Assembly: GCA_002499195.1 (NCBI GenBank)
Contig: DAKS01000039.1
Coordinates: 11,720 to 75,719, forward strand
Reading direction: 5' to 3'
Source of the DNA: Euryarchaeota archaeon UBA443
GTDB lineage: Archaea > Thermoplasmatota > Poseidoniia > Poseidoniales > Poseidoniaceae
Length of the DNA: 64,000 nt
Part shown: positions 9,761 through 18,559 of the stretch, piece after piece
Layout of the letters: every line of letters starts with the position of its first letter
Position numbering within the stretch: the first letter of the stretch is position 1
Notes under the pieces: generated by a model
The model's database searches: none
What the model was told of the DNA's origin: nothing
The model's input: the letters and a program-made list of their open reading frames with translations, nothing else
Made by a program: the position numbers and the translations under genes

Positions 9761-9817
9761 CTTCTCACCTGATTGTTGCTAAAGGTCTCGGTTCTAAAAT
9801 GTCGTGATGATTTCTTA

Positions 9818-10288
9818 TCATTGAGGTACAGAACTATTGCTTACCCAATCAAGCAAATCAAGGGCGACTTCACAAGATTCACTAACCTCGATGTGCTCAT
9901 CATTGAGGTATTTCTTCAAGACTGGAATCGCTTCGACATTGCCGATTGCTCCGAGTGCTTCAGCAGCTTCATGGCGAACCATGACATGCTCGCTTGAATC
10001 GGAAAGAATCCTTACGAGAGTAGGAATCGCTTCATCCATTTGCATCTGCCCAAGAACATAAGCCAACTCATGTCGAAGAAGAGCACTTTGTGAATCGAAT
10101 GCCTCGCACAGAACTAAGCAAGATTCTGTACTTCTAATATTTCGTAACTTAAACACGGAGCGCATGCGTTGAAACATCTTCTGATTTTCATCAAGGAGTA
10201 TTTCTCTAAGTGTTTCCAACTTAGATGATTCTGAAGCAGGTGCTGGATCAACGGAACCATATTCACTCGATTCAGGTCGTCGATTCAT
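9818..10288 (-). CDS. Half-length deoxyhypusine-hydroxylase-like HEAT-repeat protein with His-Glu diiron-type motifs.
   Basis: LLRHELAYVLGQMQMDEAIP and MVRHEAAEALGAIGNVEAIPVLKKYL closely resemble the two HE-motif HEAT pairs of the eukaryotic DOHH N-terminal half. The protein is 156 aa, against about 300 for DOHH. Confidence 0.65.
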   Translation of the reverse strand: MNRRPESSEYGSVDPAPASESSKLETLREILLDENQKMFQRMRSVFKLRNIRSTESCLVLCEAFDSQSALLRHELAYVLGQMQMDEAIPTLVRILSDSSEHVMVRHEAAEALGAIGNVEAIPVLKKYLNDEHIEVSESCEVALDLLDWVSNSSVPQ

Positions 10289-10293
10289 ACCTA

Positions 10294-11235
10294 TTACTCC
10301 AAAGCGCCGATGAATGCCATACTTTCGACATCGAAATCTTCGCGAATCATCCCTAACCCTTGGCCTTCTTTGAGAAACTGTCGAATCGATGAACGACCGT
10401 CTGTTTTGTAATCAATGGTTCGTTCGTTAACGTACATTGTAACAAATTTCTGATTTGTTTCATCATCTATTCCACGACCCCATGCTTTTGCAAACTCAAG
10501 TGCTTCTTCAGGATGCTTAATCGAATGTTCGATACTCATCTTGGTGTACATAGTGATATCCTCCATAACCTGTTGTCCGAGATCTCTACGAACAACATTA
10601 CCGCCGAGTGGCATAGGCCAACCATCAGTACGTTCATTCCACCATATGCCAAGATCGATAAGGACATTCAAATCATGCTCGACATATGTCAATTGTCCTT
10701 CATGTATAATCAAACCACATCGGTATGTGTCATCAAGAATCCTAGGTATGATTTCATCAAATGGGACTACCTCTACGTTGACATTTCCCCAAGCTAAACG
10801 AAGGCCGAGATAGGCAGATGTTTTCAAGCCCGGGATAGCAATGGTCGATGATTTAGCATCTTCGAGAGTCAATCCTTTTTTTGCAACAATCATAGGACCA
10901 TAGCCTTCTCCCATCGAAGCACCACAATTCATGAGAGCATAATCTTCAGCGATGTCTGGGTACGCGTGGATTGATACCGCGGACACTTCAAGTTCACGAT
11001 TCATAGCACGATGATTGAGTGTCTCGATATCTTGTAATTCGTGAACAAAGTTGTAACCAGGAGTGGGAAATGCGTTTGTTGTCATAGCATGAAACATGAA
11101 TGCATCATCGGGATCGGGAGAGTGTCCAATGCGGACGATGAGATTACCATCGTCATCTCGTGGTAGATTGGCCATAATACTTCCAAGAACATTCCCTTCA
11201 AGAACCAACCGCATCATTTTAGAAACAAAAATCAC
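10294..11235 (-). CDS. mqnD: MqnD-like 1,4-dihydroxy-6-naphthoate synthase (futalosine pathway).
   Basis: IVRIGHSPDPDDAFMFHAM matches the MqnD ISPCPNDTFxF region, with a periplasmic-binding-protein-like fold. The neighbourhood contains mqnA and a radical SAM mqnC/E. Confidence 0.65.
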   Translation of the reverse strand: MIFVSKMMRLVLEGNVLGSIMANLPRDDDGNLIVRIGHSPDPDDAFMFHAMTTNAFPTPGYNFVHELQDIETLNHRAMNRELEVSAVSIHAYPDIAEDYALMNCGASMGEGYGPMIVAKKGLTLEDAKSSTIAIPGLKTSAYLGLRLAWGNVNVEVVPFDEIIPRILDDTYRCGLIIHEGQLTYVEHDLNVLIDLGIWWNERTDGWPMPLGGNVVRRDLGQQVMEDITMYTKMSIEHSIKHPEEALEFAKAWGRGIDDETNQKFVTMYVNERTIDYKTDGRSSIRQFLKEGQGLGMIREDFDVESMAFIGALE

Positions 11236-11273
11236 TCAGTTAACGGATTGTTTATGTAATTGTTAACATAGTT

Positions 11274-13520
11274 GTGTACATGGAAACCGGGACTCGGTTC
11301 AGAAGCACCCTCGTGTTCCTTGTTGTTTCCGTAACAATGTTCAGTTCAGTCAGCGCTTCATCTAGTACTGGATTGTTTTTTCTGGAAGGGATTGAAGTCG
11401 ATGATGCGGATTCGGGAATAAGAACAATTGAAATTGATGCGGATGGGAATATTTTTGCTTCTTTTGGTTCAACTTTGTACAAACTATCAGCCTTAGGTTC
11501 AATCCTAGAAGAGAGATCATTCTCCACCGAAATTTCTGCAACATCTTTATCGCCAGATTTCACAAAATTAGCACTCACATTGCGTTCCGGTGCAAGTGGT
11601 GAAGATTCTGTTTTTTTGCTGTCAACAGGGGATTTGAGTACACTCGTATCAAATGATGTAACGCGTACAAACGCACACCTTCTTGAATGGTCATCGAACG
11701 GTGCTAAACTCTATTCGAATGCACCCGATGCTGGAATTTTGCAATTAAATCGTGAAACTTTGACTCAAGAAACGTCTTATGTCGGAAATCATAGCGGGGA
11801 GATGGCATGTTTTGATGTTTCAGAGTCTAGTGGTTCTGTCCTTACAGCCGATGAGAATGGATTGATTCAGTTGTGGAACAGTGCTGGTGATGTGCTGCAA
11901 CAAGAAATTCTTCTTCAATCGATAATTCATGATTGTAAAATAGGTGACAACGATGAATATTTTTCTATTTCAACTCCTGATAATGGAATCCGTAAATGGA
12001 CCTTTACTGGCTCAGAATTGAAACCAATTGATATTGATGATGCTATACATTTCGAATTGGCTCCAAGTCCAAATGTTATCATTGTTCACAAGGATTCCCC
12101 AACGCAGCACATCCTTGTTTATGATTATCTAAATGAACAAATCATCGACCAAGTTGAAATGTTTCACAATTTTGATGATTATGAGCTTGTATTTGATGAT
12201 GCGGATAATATTGAGAATATTTTTACTAATTCAAAGGTTGATTATGTAGTAAAGTATGGGACAGAAGTTCATCGAATAGGAGTAGGTCAATCAGGAATCG
12301 ATACCGATGGCGATGAGATTCCTGATTCGCTTGATAATGATGACGATGGCGATGGAATCGAAGATAATTGGGATCTAAACTGTGAAGACATAGGGATATC
12401 ATGTGAATTGTTACCTGATGAGAATTATATTCGAAGCATAGACGTTGAAATCAATTCCACACATATTGTTGTAAAACAATCATTTACACTCAACAAAAAA
12501 CATTCGACCACCATAAGGGATTTATCACGCTATTCAATGGATACGGACATCAAACTCATCGAAGCCGAAGCACAGTTGTTTGCGGATTCAATTTGCGGTA
12601 ATATGAATGAAGCACAGCTTGCCAACTCAATCTCTTCGACGATAAACTTCGGTAATGCGACATTGGATTTTGTCAATTTATACTGTTCAATTGAGGATGG
12701 AATGGTCCTCTACTCTGCGAGTGATGGGACATCTCATATCCGTTATTCTGTATCCGTGACATATCGTTTTGATTCCAGTCAATCACTGAATGGGATCGTA
12801 CTTCAAGTGCAGAATAATCGCTTCCATTCCGACGGTAGCATGACTGAATTGAGTGAACAACACCCGCTCTCCATTAGAGTGCACGGTGATGAAATTAGCA
12901 CTCTAGAATATGTCCCTTGGCACATTCAGGAACAACAAGTATCCTTTACGCTTAGCACAAAGGGAGGAAATTCTGAATCACTAGATCCATCATCCATTAT
13001 TTCTTCACCAATCGTAATCGCCATTGGCATAATTGGAATTGGAGGATTTTTATTAGTCGGAATTTTCCTTTTCAAGCGACAATCTGAACGGGATAGTTAC
13101 GATATTACTCTAGATGAAGAGGAAGATGAAGAGGAAGATGAATATTTAGATGAGGAATACGAAGATTATGATTCCGTCGAAGAAGAGGAAATCGAGGAGG
13201 AAGAAATTTCTGAACCGTCGAAACGTAGACCTCCGCCTCGTCGAAGGAAAAAACAAACGTCTAGTAAGCGTGTTCCAGTTCAAAGTAAAGAAGTAAATCA
13301 AGCTCAACAACTTCTTCAGGAATCCTCTAATGAAGTTGTTCGCAAGCGTAGAGCACGCCGTTCCGATTCTACTGTTAAAAGCAAGCGACGGAAATTAAGT
13401 GATGTTCAGAGCGTTGATTCTCAACCTCGAAAGCGTCGAGCGGTGAAGCGCAAGAGCCAATCCGATGATCAAATGGACGAAACGCTGAAACGATTCGTTT
13501 CTGAATCACCAGAGGAATGA
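11274..13520 (+). CDS. Secreted type-I membrane surface protein: beta-propeller-like ectodomain, TSP3-like Ca-binding Asp repeats, one C-terminal TM, and an acidic-then-polybasic cytoplasmic tail.
   Basis: A signal peptide (TLVFLVVSVTMFSSVSA) is present. DTDGDEIPDSLDNDDDGDGIEDNWD is a TSP3-like module. The TM IVIAIGIIGIGGFLLVGIFLF is followed by EEEDEEEDE..., then KRRPPPRRRKKQ..., RKRRARR..., KRRKL... and RKRRAVKRK. Confidence 0.6.
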   Translation: MYMETGTRFRSTLVFLVVSVTMFSSVSASSSTGLFFLEGIEVDDADSGIRTIEIDADGNIFASFGSTLYKLSALGSILEERSFSTEISATSLSPDFTKLALTLRSGASGEDSVFLLSTGDLSTLVSNDVTRTNAHLLEWSSNGAKLYSNAPDAGILQLNRETLTQETSYVGNHSGEMACFDVSESSGSVLTADENGLIQLWNSAGDVLQQEILLQSIIHDCKIGDNDEYFSISTPDNGIRKWTFTGSELKPIDIDDAIHFELAPSPNVIIVHKDSPTQHILVYDYLNEQIIDQVEMFHNFDDYELVFDDADNIENIFTNSKVDYVVKYGTEVHRIGVGQSGIDTDGDEIPDSLDNDDDGDGIEDNWDLNCEDIGISCELLPDENYIRSIDVEINSTHIVVKQSFTLNKKHSTTIRDLSRYSMDTDIKLIEAEAQLFADSICGNMNEAQLANSISSTINFGNATLDFVNLYCSIEDGMVLYSASDGTSHIRYSVSVTYRFDSSQSLNGIVLQVQNNRFHSDGSMTELSEQHPLSIRVHGDEISTLEYVPWHIQEQQVSFTLSTKGGNSESLDPSSIISSPIVIAIGIIGIGGFLLVGIFLFKRQSERDSYDITLDEEEDEEEDEYLDEEYEDYDSVEEEEIEEEEISEPSKRRPPPRRRKKQTSSKRVPVQSKEVNQAQQLLQESSNEVVRKRRARRSDSTVKSKRRKLSDVQSVDSQPRKRRAVKRKSQSDDQMDETLKRFVSESPEE

Positions 13521-14309
13521 TATTTCCTCATCCATATCACAACATCGCGTTAGATATTCTCGTAGTCCGGAAACATGTTGCTCGTCCAAACGATTGAACA
13601 CTTCACCAAAGTATCGGTTCAATCGTTCCATCGACATGTCCGAATGAAGGTGGGCATGGAGCAGGACCTTCTCGCGAGTTAGAGGATCGTTCTCAAATAA
13701 ATCAAGCCTTGATAGAAGTGCCTCATGAGCTGCTTTGACTGCTTCTAAAGGTGTATCCTTTCGAGCAGCAAAGACACCAAAAACCATTGGCTGTCCCGTC
13801 AATTCCAACCAGGCTTGACCGAGATCGAGGCGAACTAGGTCAGGATTTGTTTTTGCACGGTCTAGTGCACGGTCACCAATGAGTAGGGCACCATCACACC
13901 TCTCAAGCATTGTATCCATGTCAGGGCCCATTTCGACGGGCCGTGGGTCAATTCCTCGCTCCTTCAACAAGTACTTTAGCAACGTTACTGAGGAGGAGGA
14001 GTCGGTTGGTAATGCAATATCTCGCATCTCCTCAAGAGGTCTGTTTCCAAAGACCAAAACACTCCCCACCTCTCCTTTGGAACTGATTCCAATTTCAGGA
14101 ACCAAAGTTAACTCATCATGATGTTTTGCAAAATCAGCGGCTGGTATAGGAGCCAATACACAATCTCGTCGTAAGAGATGACCGGTTAGCCACGAAGGAG
14201 GAGCAGGTAAAACATGGAATGATTCGTCCAATCCTACAAAAAGTGGATCGCAGTTCATAAATGCAACGCGGCCAATTGTTTTCATCCATCGTGGAGTCTG
14301 TTTTAACAT
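13506..14309 (-). CDS. mqnA: MqnA-like chorismate dehydratase (futalosine pathway).
   Basis: The N-terminus TIGRVAFMNCDPLFVGL matches the MqnA IGxISYLNxxPL region. Length is 267 aa. Confidence 0.65.
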   Translation of the reverse strand: MLKQTPRWMKTIGRVAFMNCDPLFVGLDESFHVLPAPPSWLTGHLLRRDCVLAPIPAADFAKHHDELTLVPEIGISSKGEVGSVLVFGNRPLEEMRDIALPTDSSSSVTLLKYLLKERGIDPRPVEMGPDMDTMLERCDGALLIGDRALDRAKTNPDLVRLDLGQAWLELTGQPMVFGVFAARKDTPLEAVKAAHEALLSRLDLFENDPLTREKVLLHAHLHSDMSMERLNRYFGEVFNRLDEQHVSGLREYLTRCCDMDEEISFLW

Positions 14310-14319
14310 TCATTACACC

Positions 14320-15519
14320 TCATGCCATTGGCAGTCTCTTGACTGGTTTTTTGGGAACATATTCCTCAAATTCAGTGTAGATAGTATTACGTTTGATTGG
14401 AACACATCCTGCATTTTGAACTAGTTTCGATAATTGCTGTAGATCATGGGTCAAAGGAGTAATTGAACCAGCAAGATGCATTATTGATTCCTGTTGAACC
14501 GTTCCATCGATGTCATCAGCACCAAATTGTAGGGCCAACTCCGATAACTCATCACCAATATTCATTCGATAGGCCTTGATATGCGCTATACTATCGAGTA
14601 AAATACGAGATACTGCAATGACTCTCAAAATTTCTTGACCTGTGGATAATTGAGCCATAGGCAATCGTGTCGAATCAGGGAGGAAAGGATATGGTACGAA
14701 GCATTGGAATCCATTTGTTAGCGATCCTAAATCACGTAATTTGAGAATGTGGTCAACACGTTGGGATGCCGTCTCAATTGTTCCAAACAGCATCGTGCAA
14801 TTGCTTGGAAGTCCAATATTGTGGGCAGTGCGATGAATATCCAAGTATTCCTGACTAGATTCCTTTCCATTGCAAATAATGGCCCGGACATCATCATCAA
14901 GAATTTCAGCACCTCCGCCAGGTAATGAGGTAAGACCTGCATTCTTGAGCCGTTGAAGAGTTGATTCGATGGACAAGTTTGAGAGTTGAGCTAAGTGCTT
15001 TACTTCAACTGCAGTTAAGGCTTTTATCGAAATGTGAGGGTGTTCTGCTTGAATACGCTGAAACAGTTCTTCATAATGCTCCACAGTCCACTCTGGGTGA
15101 AGTCCACCAACCGAATGTACCTCATCCACATATGGCGAAAATTTCGATAATTCTTCGAGATAGTTTTCAACTGATAATTCGTATGCATCATCGGCTTTCG
15201 GACCTCTGCGGAAGGCACAGAATCGACATGCCAATACACAGATGTTGGTTTGGTTGACGTGTACATTAGAATTGAAGTACGCCCTTTCGCCAAACATCGC
15301 TTGCTTGTGGAGATTAGCCAATCGGCCTAGTTCGAACAAATTGGGTTCAGAAAAGAGAAGAAGACCGTCTTGATGATTCAAAACTTGATCATTGAGGATT
15401 TTGTCAACAATGATTTGCATTGATTCAGACCAATTCTCCTCTCGCAAACTAACTTTCAAATCAGTTCTCCATCGAGGGTTCCTATCCGCCAAAACGGTGG
15501 TTGAAACCCACTCAGTCAT
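14320..15519 (-). CDS. Radical SAM enzyme of the MqnC/MqnE family (aminofutalosine synthase or cyclic dehypoxanthinyl-futalosine synthase).
   Basis: A CxxxCxxC cluster is present in NICVLACRFCAFRRG. Length is 399 aa. It sits next to mqnA. Confidence 0.7.
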   Translation of the reverse strand: MTEWVSTTVLADRNPRWRTDLKVSLREENWSESMQIIVDKILNDQVLNHQDGLLLFSEPNLFELGRLANLHKQAMFGERAYFNSNVHVNQTNICVLACRFCAFRRGPKADDAYELSVENYLEELSKFSPYVDEVHSVGGLHPEWTVEHYEELFQRIQAEHPHISIKALTAVEVKHLAQLSNLSIESTLQRLKNAGLTSLPGGGAEILDDDVRAIICNGKESSQEYLDIHRTAHNIGLPSNCTMLFGTIETASQRVDHILKLRDLGSLTNGFQCFVPYPFLPDSTRLPMAQLSTGQEILRVIAVSRILLDSIAHIKAYRMNIGDELSELALQFGADDIDGTVQQESIMHLAGSITPLTHDLQQLSKLVQNAGCVPIKRNTIYTEFEEYVPKKPVKRLPMA

Positions 15520-15568
15520 GACGCTTCCTCATGCTCATTCTTCATGAAGATGTGGATGTGGCCACAAC

Positions 15569-18457
15569 TCAACGTCGGACACTAAAGAAACCTGAATTCA
15601 TCATGAATTTACGGAATTCCTCTACCAAAAAGACAGTCGAAGCTACAGCTACCAATACTATCCAATCCTCGCCTTCAAGTGGTGTTGTGCTGAGAAGATT
15701 TCCAAATTCAATTCCAATCAGAGGGATAGGGAATGTTGCAAAGTGAACGAACATGAATAGTAAGAATCCTGAAGCAAGAATCGCATAATTGATGGCTCTA
15801 TTTGAGAATAAACCGAGCGAAAAGAGACTTTCTTTTTCAGATCGACAATTCAAGACATTAAACAATTGGAAGACAATAAACACAGCAAAAGTCATGGTTT
15901 GTGCAGCAGCAAATGTCGTATCAGCGTATGAATTCCATGCGCTCAAGGCCATCTCATCACCATCGTTACAGTCTCTAACGGAGAATCCTGCATCGGATTC
16001 AGTAGCAAATGGAGCAAGGCTACATTCGTTTCCATAAACGCCGCCACCAGCAAGGAAGAAGACTATCAGAGTGCCAATAACCATCACTGCACCAAGGTAA
16101 AAGATGAGGGCTATATCTTTGGAATTAGGCAACCCTTCGTCTACAGGGCGCGGCGGACTTGACATTACTTTTCCATGCTGTTTTTCAACACCGAGCGCGA
16201 CCGCAGGAGGCCCATCCATGAGGATATTGATGACTAAAATTTGTGTTGCAGTGAGCGGCAATTCCCAACCAAATATGAATGTCGAGATAACGATAAGTGC
16301 TACCGCAGCAACGTTGGTCGATACCTGATAGCGTACGAAATTTCGAATGTTTTGGTATATCTTTCTACCTTCCTCAACAGCATGGACAATATTAGCGAAA
16401 TTATCATCCTGTAGAACCATATCCGCTGCATCCTTCGCAACATCGGTTCCAGCGATTCCCATAGCAATACCTATGTTTGCTCTAGACAATGCTGGCGCAT
16501 CGTTAACACCATCACCAGTCATGGCAACAATTTCTCCCTGATCTTGTAACGATGATACGATTCTCATCTTTTGATCTGGAGTAACTCGAGAAAAGATTGC
16601 CTTTTCTACAGAATCTGTGAGTTCTTCATCGGACATCAATCTCAACTCAGCACCACTAACCGGCTCTAGATCAGCATCATGGATAGCCAATTCCTGACCG
16701 ATAGCCGATGCTGTCATATGATGATCGCCTGTAATCATTTTTACCTTGATTCCAGCGTCTTGACAGATTCGAATCGCTTCCTTGACTTCGGGGCGCGGAG
16801 GGTCCATGATTCCTACAAGTCCAAGGAAAATCAAATCATTTTCAACGACGTTAATGTCGGATATATCTTCATCATCCTCAAGTTTTCTTGCAGCTAATGC
16901 AATAACTCGCATGGATTGGGAACCCATTTCCTTATTTCTTATTGAAGCCTGTTTGAGGTCCTCCTCACCTATTTTCACCAATTCTCCATCAAGATATCGA
17001 TGGGTTGTTATGGGAACGAATCCACCAGCAGCGCCTTTTGCAAACACCCAGCGCTCTCCTTCATACTCATGAATAACTGACATACGTTTACGCTCGGTAT
17101 CGAAAAAGAATTCATGAAGACGCGGATGACGTTGAGAGAATTTACGGACATCGCCATTCAATTTCCATCCTAGAACCGCACAGGCAGAATCCGTAGGATC
17201 ACCTATTGCAGTCCAACGACCCTCTTGTTTACTGATTTGTGAGTTATGACACAAAGACAGACAAGCGGCTAAAAGACGGAATCCTAAATTGGACTGAAGG
17301 GTCGACATCTTATTTTCATCGAGTTCATTTTCACCATCTCTCAACGTTCCTTCAGGATTAAATCCATCTCCAGTGACACTGTAGTATCCATCAACTGTGT
17401 GAAGTTGACGGACAGTCATTTCATTTTTTGTCAAAGTACCTGTTTTATCGGAGCAAATCACTGTTGTTGAACCAAGGGTTTCAACCGCCTTCATCCTACG
17501 AATAATCGCTTTATGCCTAGCCATATTACGCATGCCAAGAGCAAGGGTAATGACAAGAATAATCGGTAAACCTTCAGGAACAATTGCCACAAAGATCGCA
17601 ATAGCTGTAATGAATTGTTTGATCGCTACGTCGCGAAGCGGATCTGGCCCTCCATATGCGAGAATCAGTTTGATGGAAACTAAGAGTACTGCAACGATGA
17701 GAGCAATGAAACCGAGGAATCTGCCCAGTGATTCAAGCTTCATTTCGAGTGGTGTTTTGGGTGTTTTTGCTTCAGAAATATCACTTGCAATACGCCCAAG
17801 TTGGGTTTTCATTCCGGTTTCGACAACGATTCCTACTGCACGGCCTGTTGCAACTGTGGTCCCCATGTACATCATATTTCGACAGTCGGCAAGAAGTGTA
17901 TTGACGTCCATAGAATCAATATGTTTCGTAATCGGTTCGGATTCACCGGTCAATGCAGATTCATCAACTCGACACTGATAGACTTCAAGCAACCGTAGAT
18001 CCGCTGGTACATTGATTCCTTCTTCTAGTTTGACAATATCACCAGGGACGAGTTCAGTTGTCGGTATCTCCGATTCAAACCCATCACGCAAAGTAATAGA
18101 ATTGGAGATACTCATTTGTTTTAGTGCATCCATGGCTTGTTCCGCTTGACCTTCTTGCCAAAATCCGAAAAAGGCATTCGCAGTAAGTACAAGGAAGATA
18201 AAAATCGCATCACCAGGATGGTCTGGTTTGACTGCTAAGGCAACCAAAGCTGCTGCAATCAATAAATAATTCAGCGGATCATTGTATTGAGAAAGAAATC
18301 TCAAAACTGCAGATGTAGGCTCAGGTTGTTCAAGTTGATTCGGTCCATATTTTTGCATGCGAGAATGGATTTCACTTTGAGTCAGACCATTTGGATTTGC
18401 ATCCAAAACAGAAAGTACCTCATCATTATCCATCGAGTGCCAATTCTGTTGCACCAT
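15569..18457 (-). CDS. P-type cation-transporting ATPase (type II, Ca2+/cation pump-like).
   Basis: DKTGTLT phosphorylation site, TGDGVNDAPAL hinge, a cation-ATPase N-terminus and 10 TM helices are present. Length is 962 aa. Confidence 0.9.
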   Translation of the reverse strand: MVQQNWHSMDNDEVLSVLDANPNGLTQSEIHSRMQKYGPNQLEQPEPTSAVLRFLSQYNDPLNYLLIAAALVALAVKPDHPGDAIFIFLVLTANAFFGFWQEGQAEQAMDALKQMSISNSITLRDGFESEIPTTELVPGDIVKLEEGINVPADLRLLEVYQCRVDESALTGESEPITKHIDSMDVNTLLADCRNMMYMGTTVATGRAVGIVVETGMKTQLGRIASDISEAKTPKTPLEMKLESLGRFLGFIALIVAVLLVSIKLILAYGGPDPLRDVAIKQFITAIAIFVAIVPEGLPIILVITLALGMRNMARHKAIIRRMKAVETLGSTTVICSDKTGTLTKNEMTVRQLHTVDGYYSVTGDGFNPEGTLRDGENELDENKMSTLQSNLGFRLLAACLSLCHNSQISKQEGRWTAIGDPTDSACAVLGWKLNGDVRKFSQRHPRLHEFFFDTERKRMSVIHEYEGERWVFAKGAAGGFVPITTHRYLDGELVKIGEEDLKQASIRNKEMGSQSMRVIALAARKLEDDEDISDINVVENDLIFLGLVGIMDPPRPEVKEAIRICQDAGIKVKMITGDHHMTASAIGQELAIHDADLEPVSGAELRLMSDEELTDSVEKAIFSRVTPDQKMRIVSSLQDQGEIVAMTGDGVNDAPALSRANIGIAMGIAGTDVAKDAADMVLQDDNFANIVHAVEEGRKIYQNIRNFVRYQVSTNVAAVALIVISTFIFGWELPLTATQILVINILMDGPPAVALGVEKQHGKVMSSPPRPVDEGLPNSKDIALIFYLGAVMVIGTLIVFFLAGGGVYGNECSLAPFATESDAGFSVRDCNDGDEMALSAWNSYADTTFAAAQTMTFAVFIVFQLFNVLNCRSEKESLFSLGLFSNRAINYAILASGFLLFMFVHFATFPIPLIGIEFGNLLSTTPLEGEDWIVLVAVASTVFLVEEFRKFMMNSGFFSVRR

Positions 18458-18559
18458 TGAATCACCTCAGACCCTTAGTAAGAACCTGTACGCTAGCCTC
18501 TCACGACCGACTTATGATTTTGATGGAAGAAAACCCATGAAAATCATCAACTGCCAAAA

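Noticed and set aside
9539-9772. Plus-strand 77-aa ORF overlapping the minus-strand 69-aa Cys/His ORF.
   Set aside because: Only one can be real. The minus-strand ORF is co-directional with its neighbours and has a metal-binding-like motif, so it was kept at low confidence. The plus ORF is rejected.
15789-17998. Multiple plus-strand ORFs (15789..16037, 16104..16328, 16782..17072, 17532..17978, 17801..17998) opposite the P-type ATPase.
   Set aside because: They are antisense to a 962-aa gene with a complete P-type signature. Their Ser/Thr/Ala-rich, proteinaceously implausible sequences mark them as spurious.
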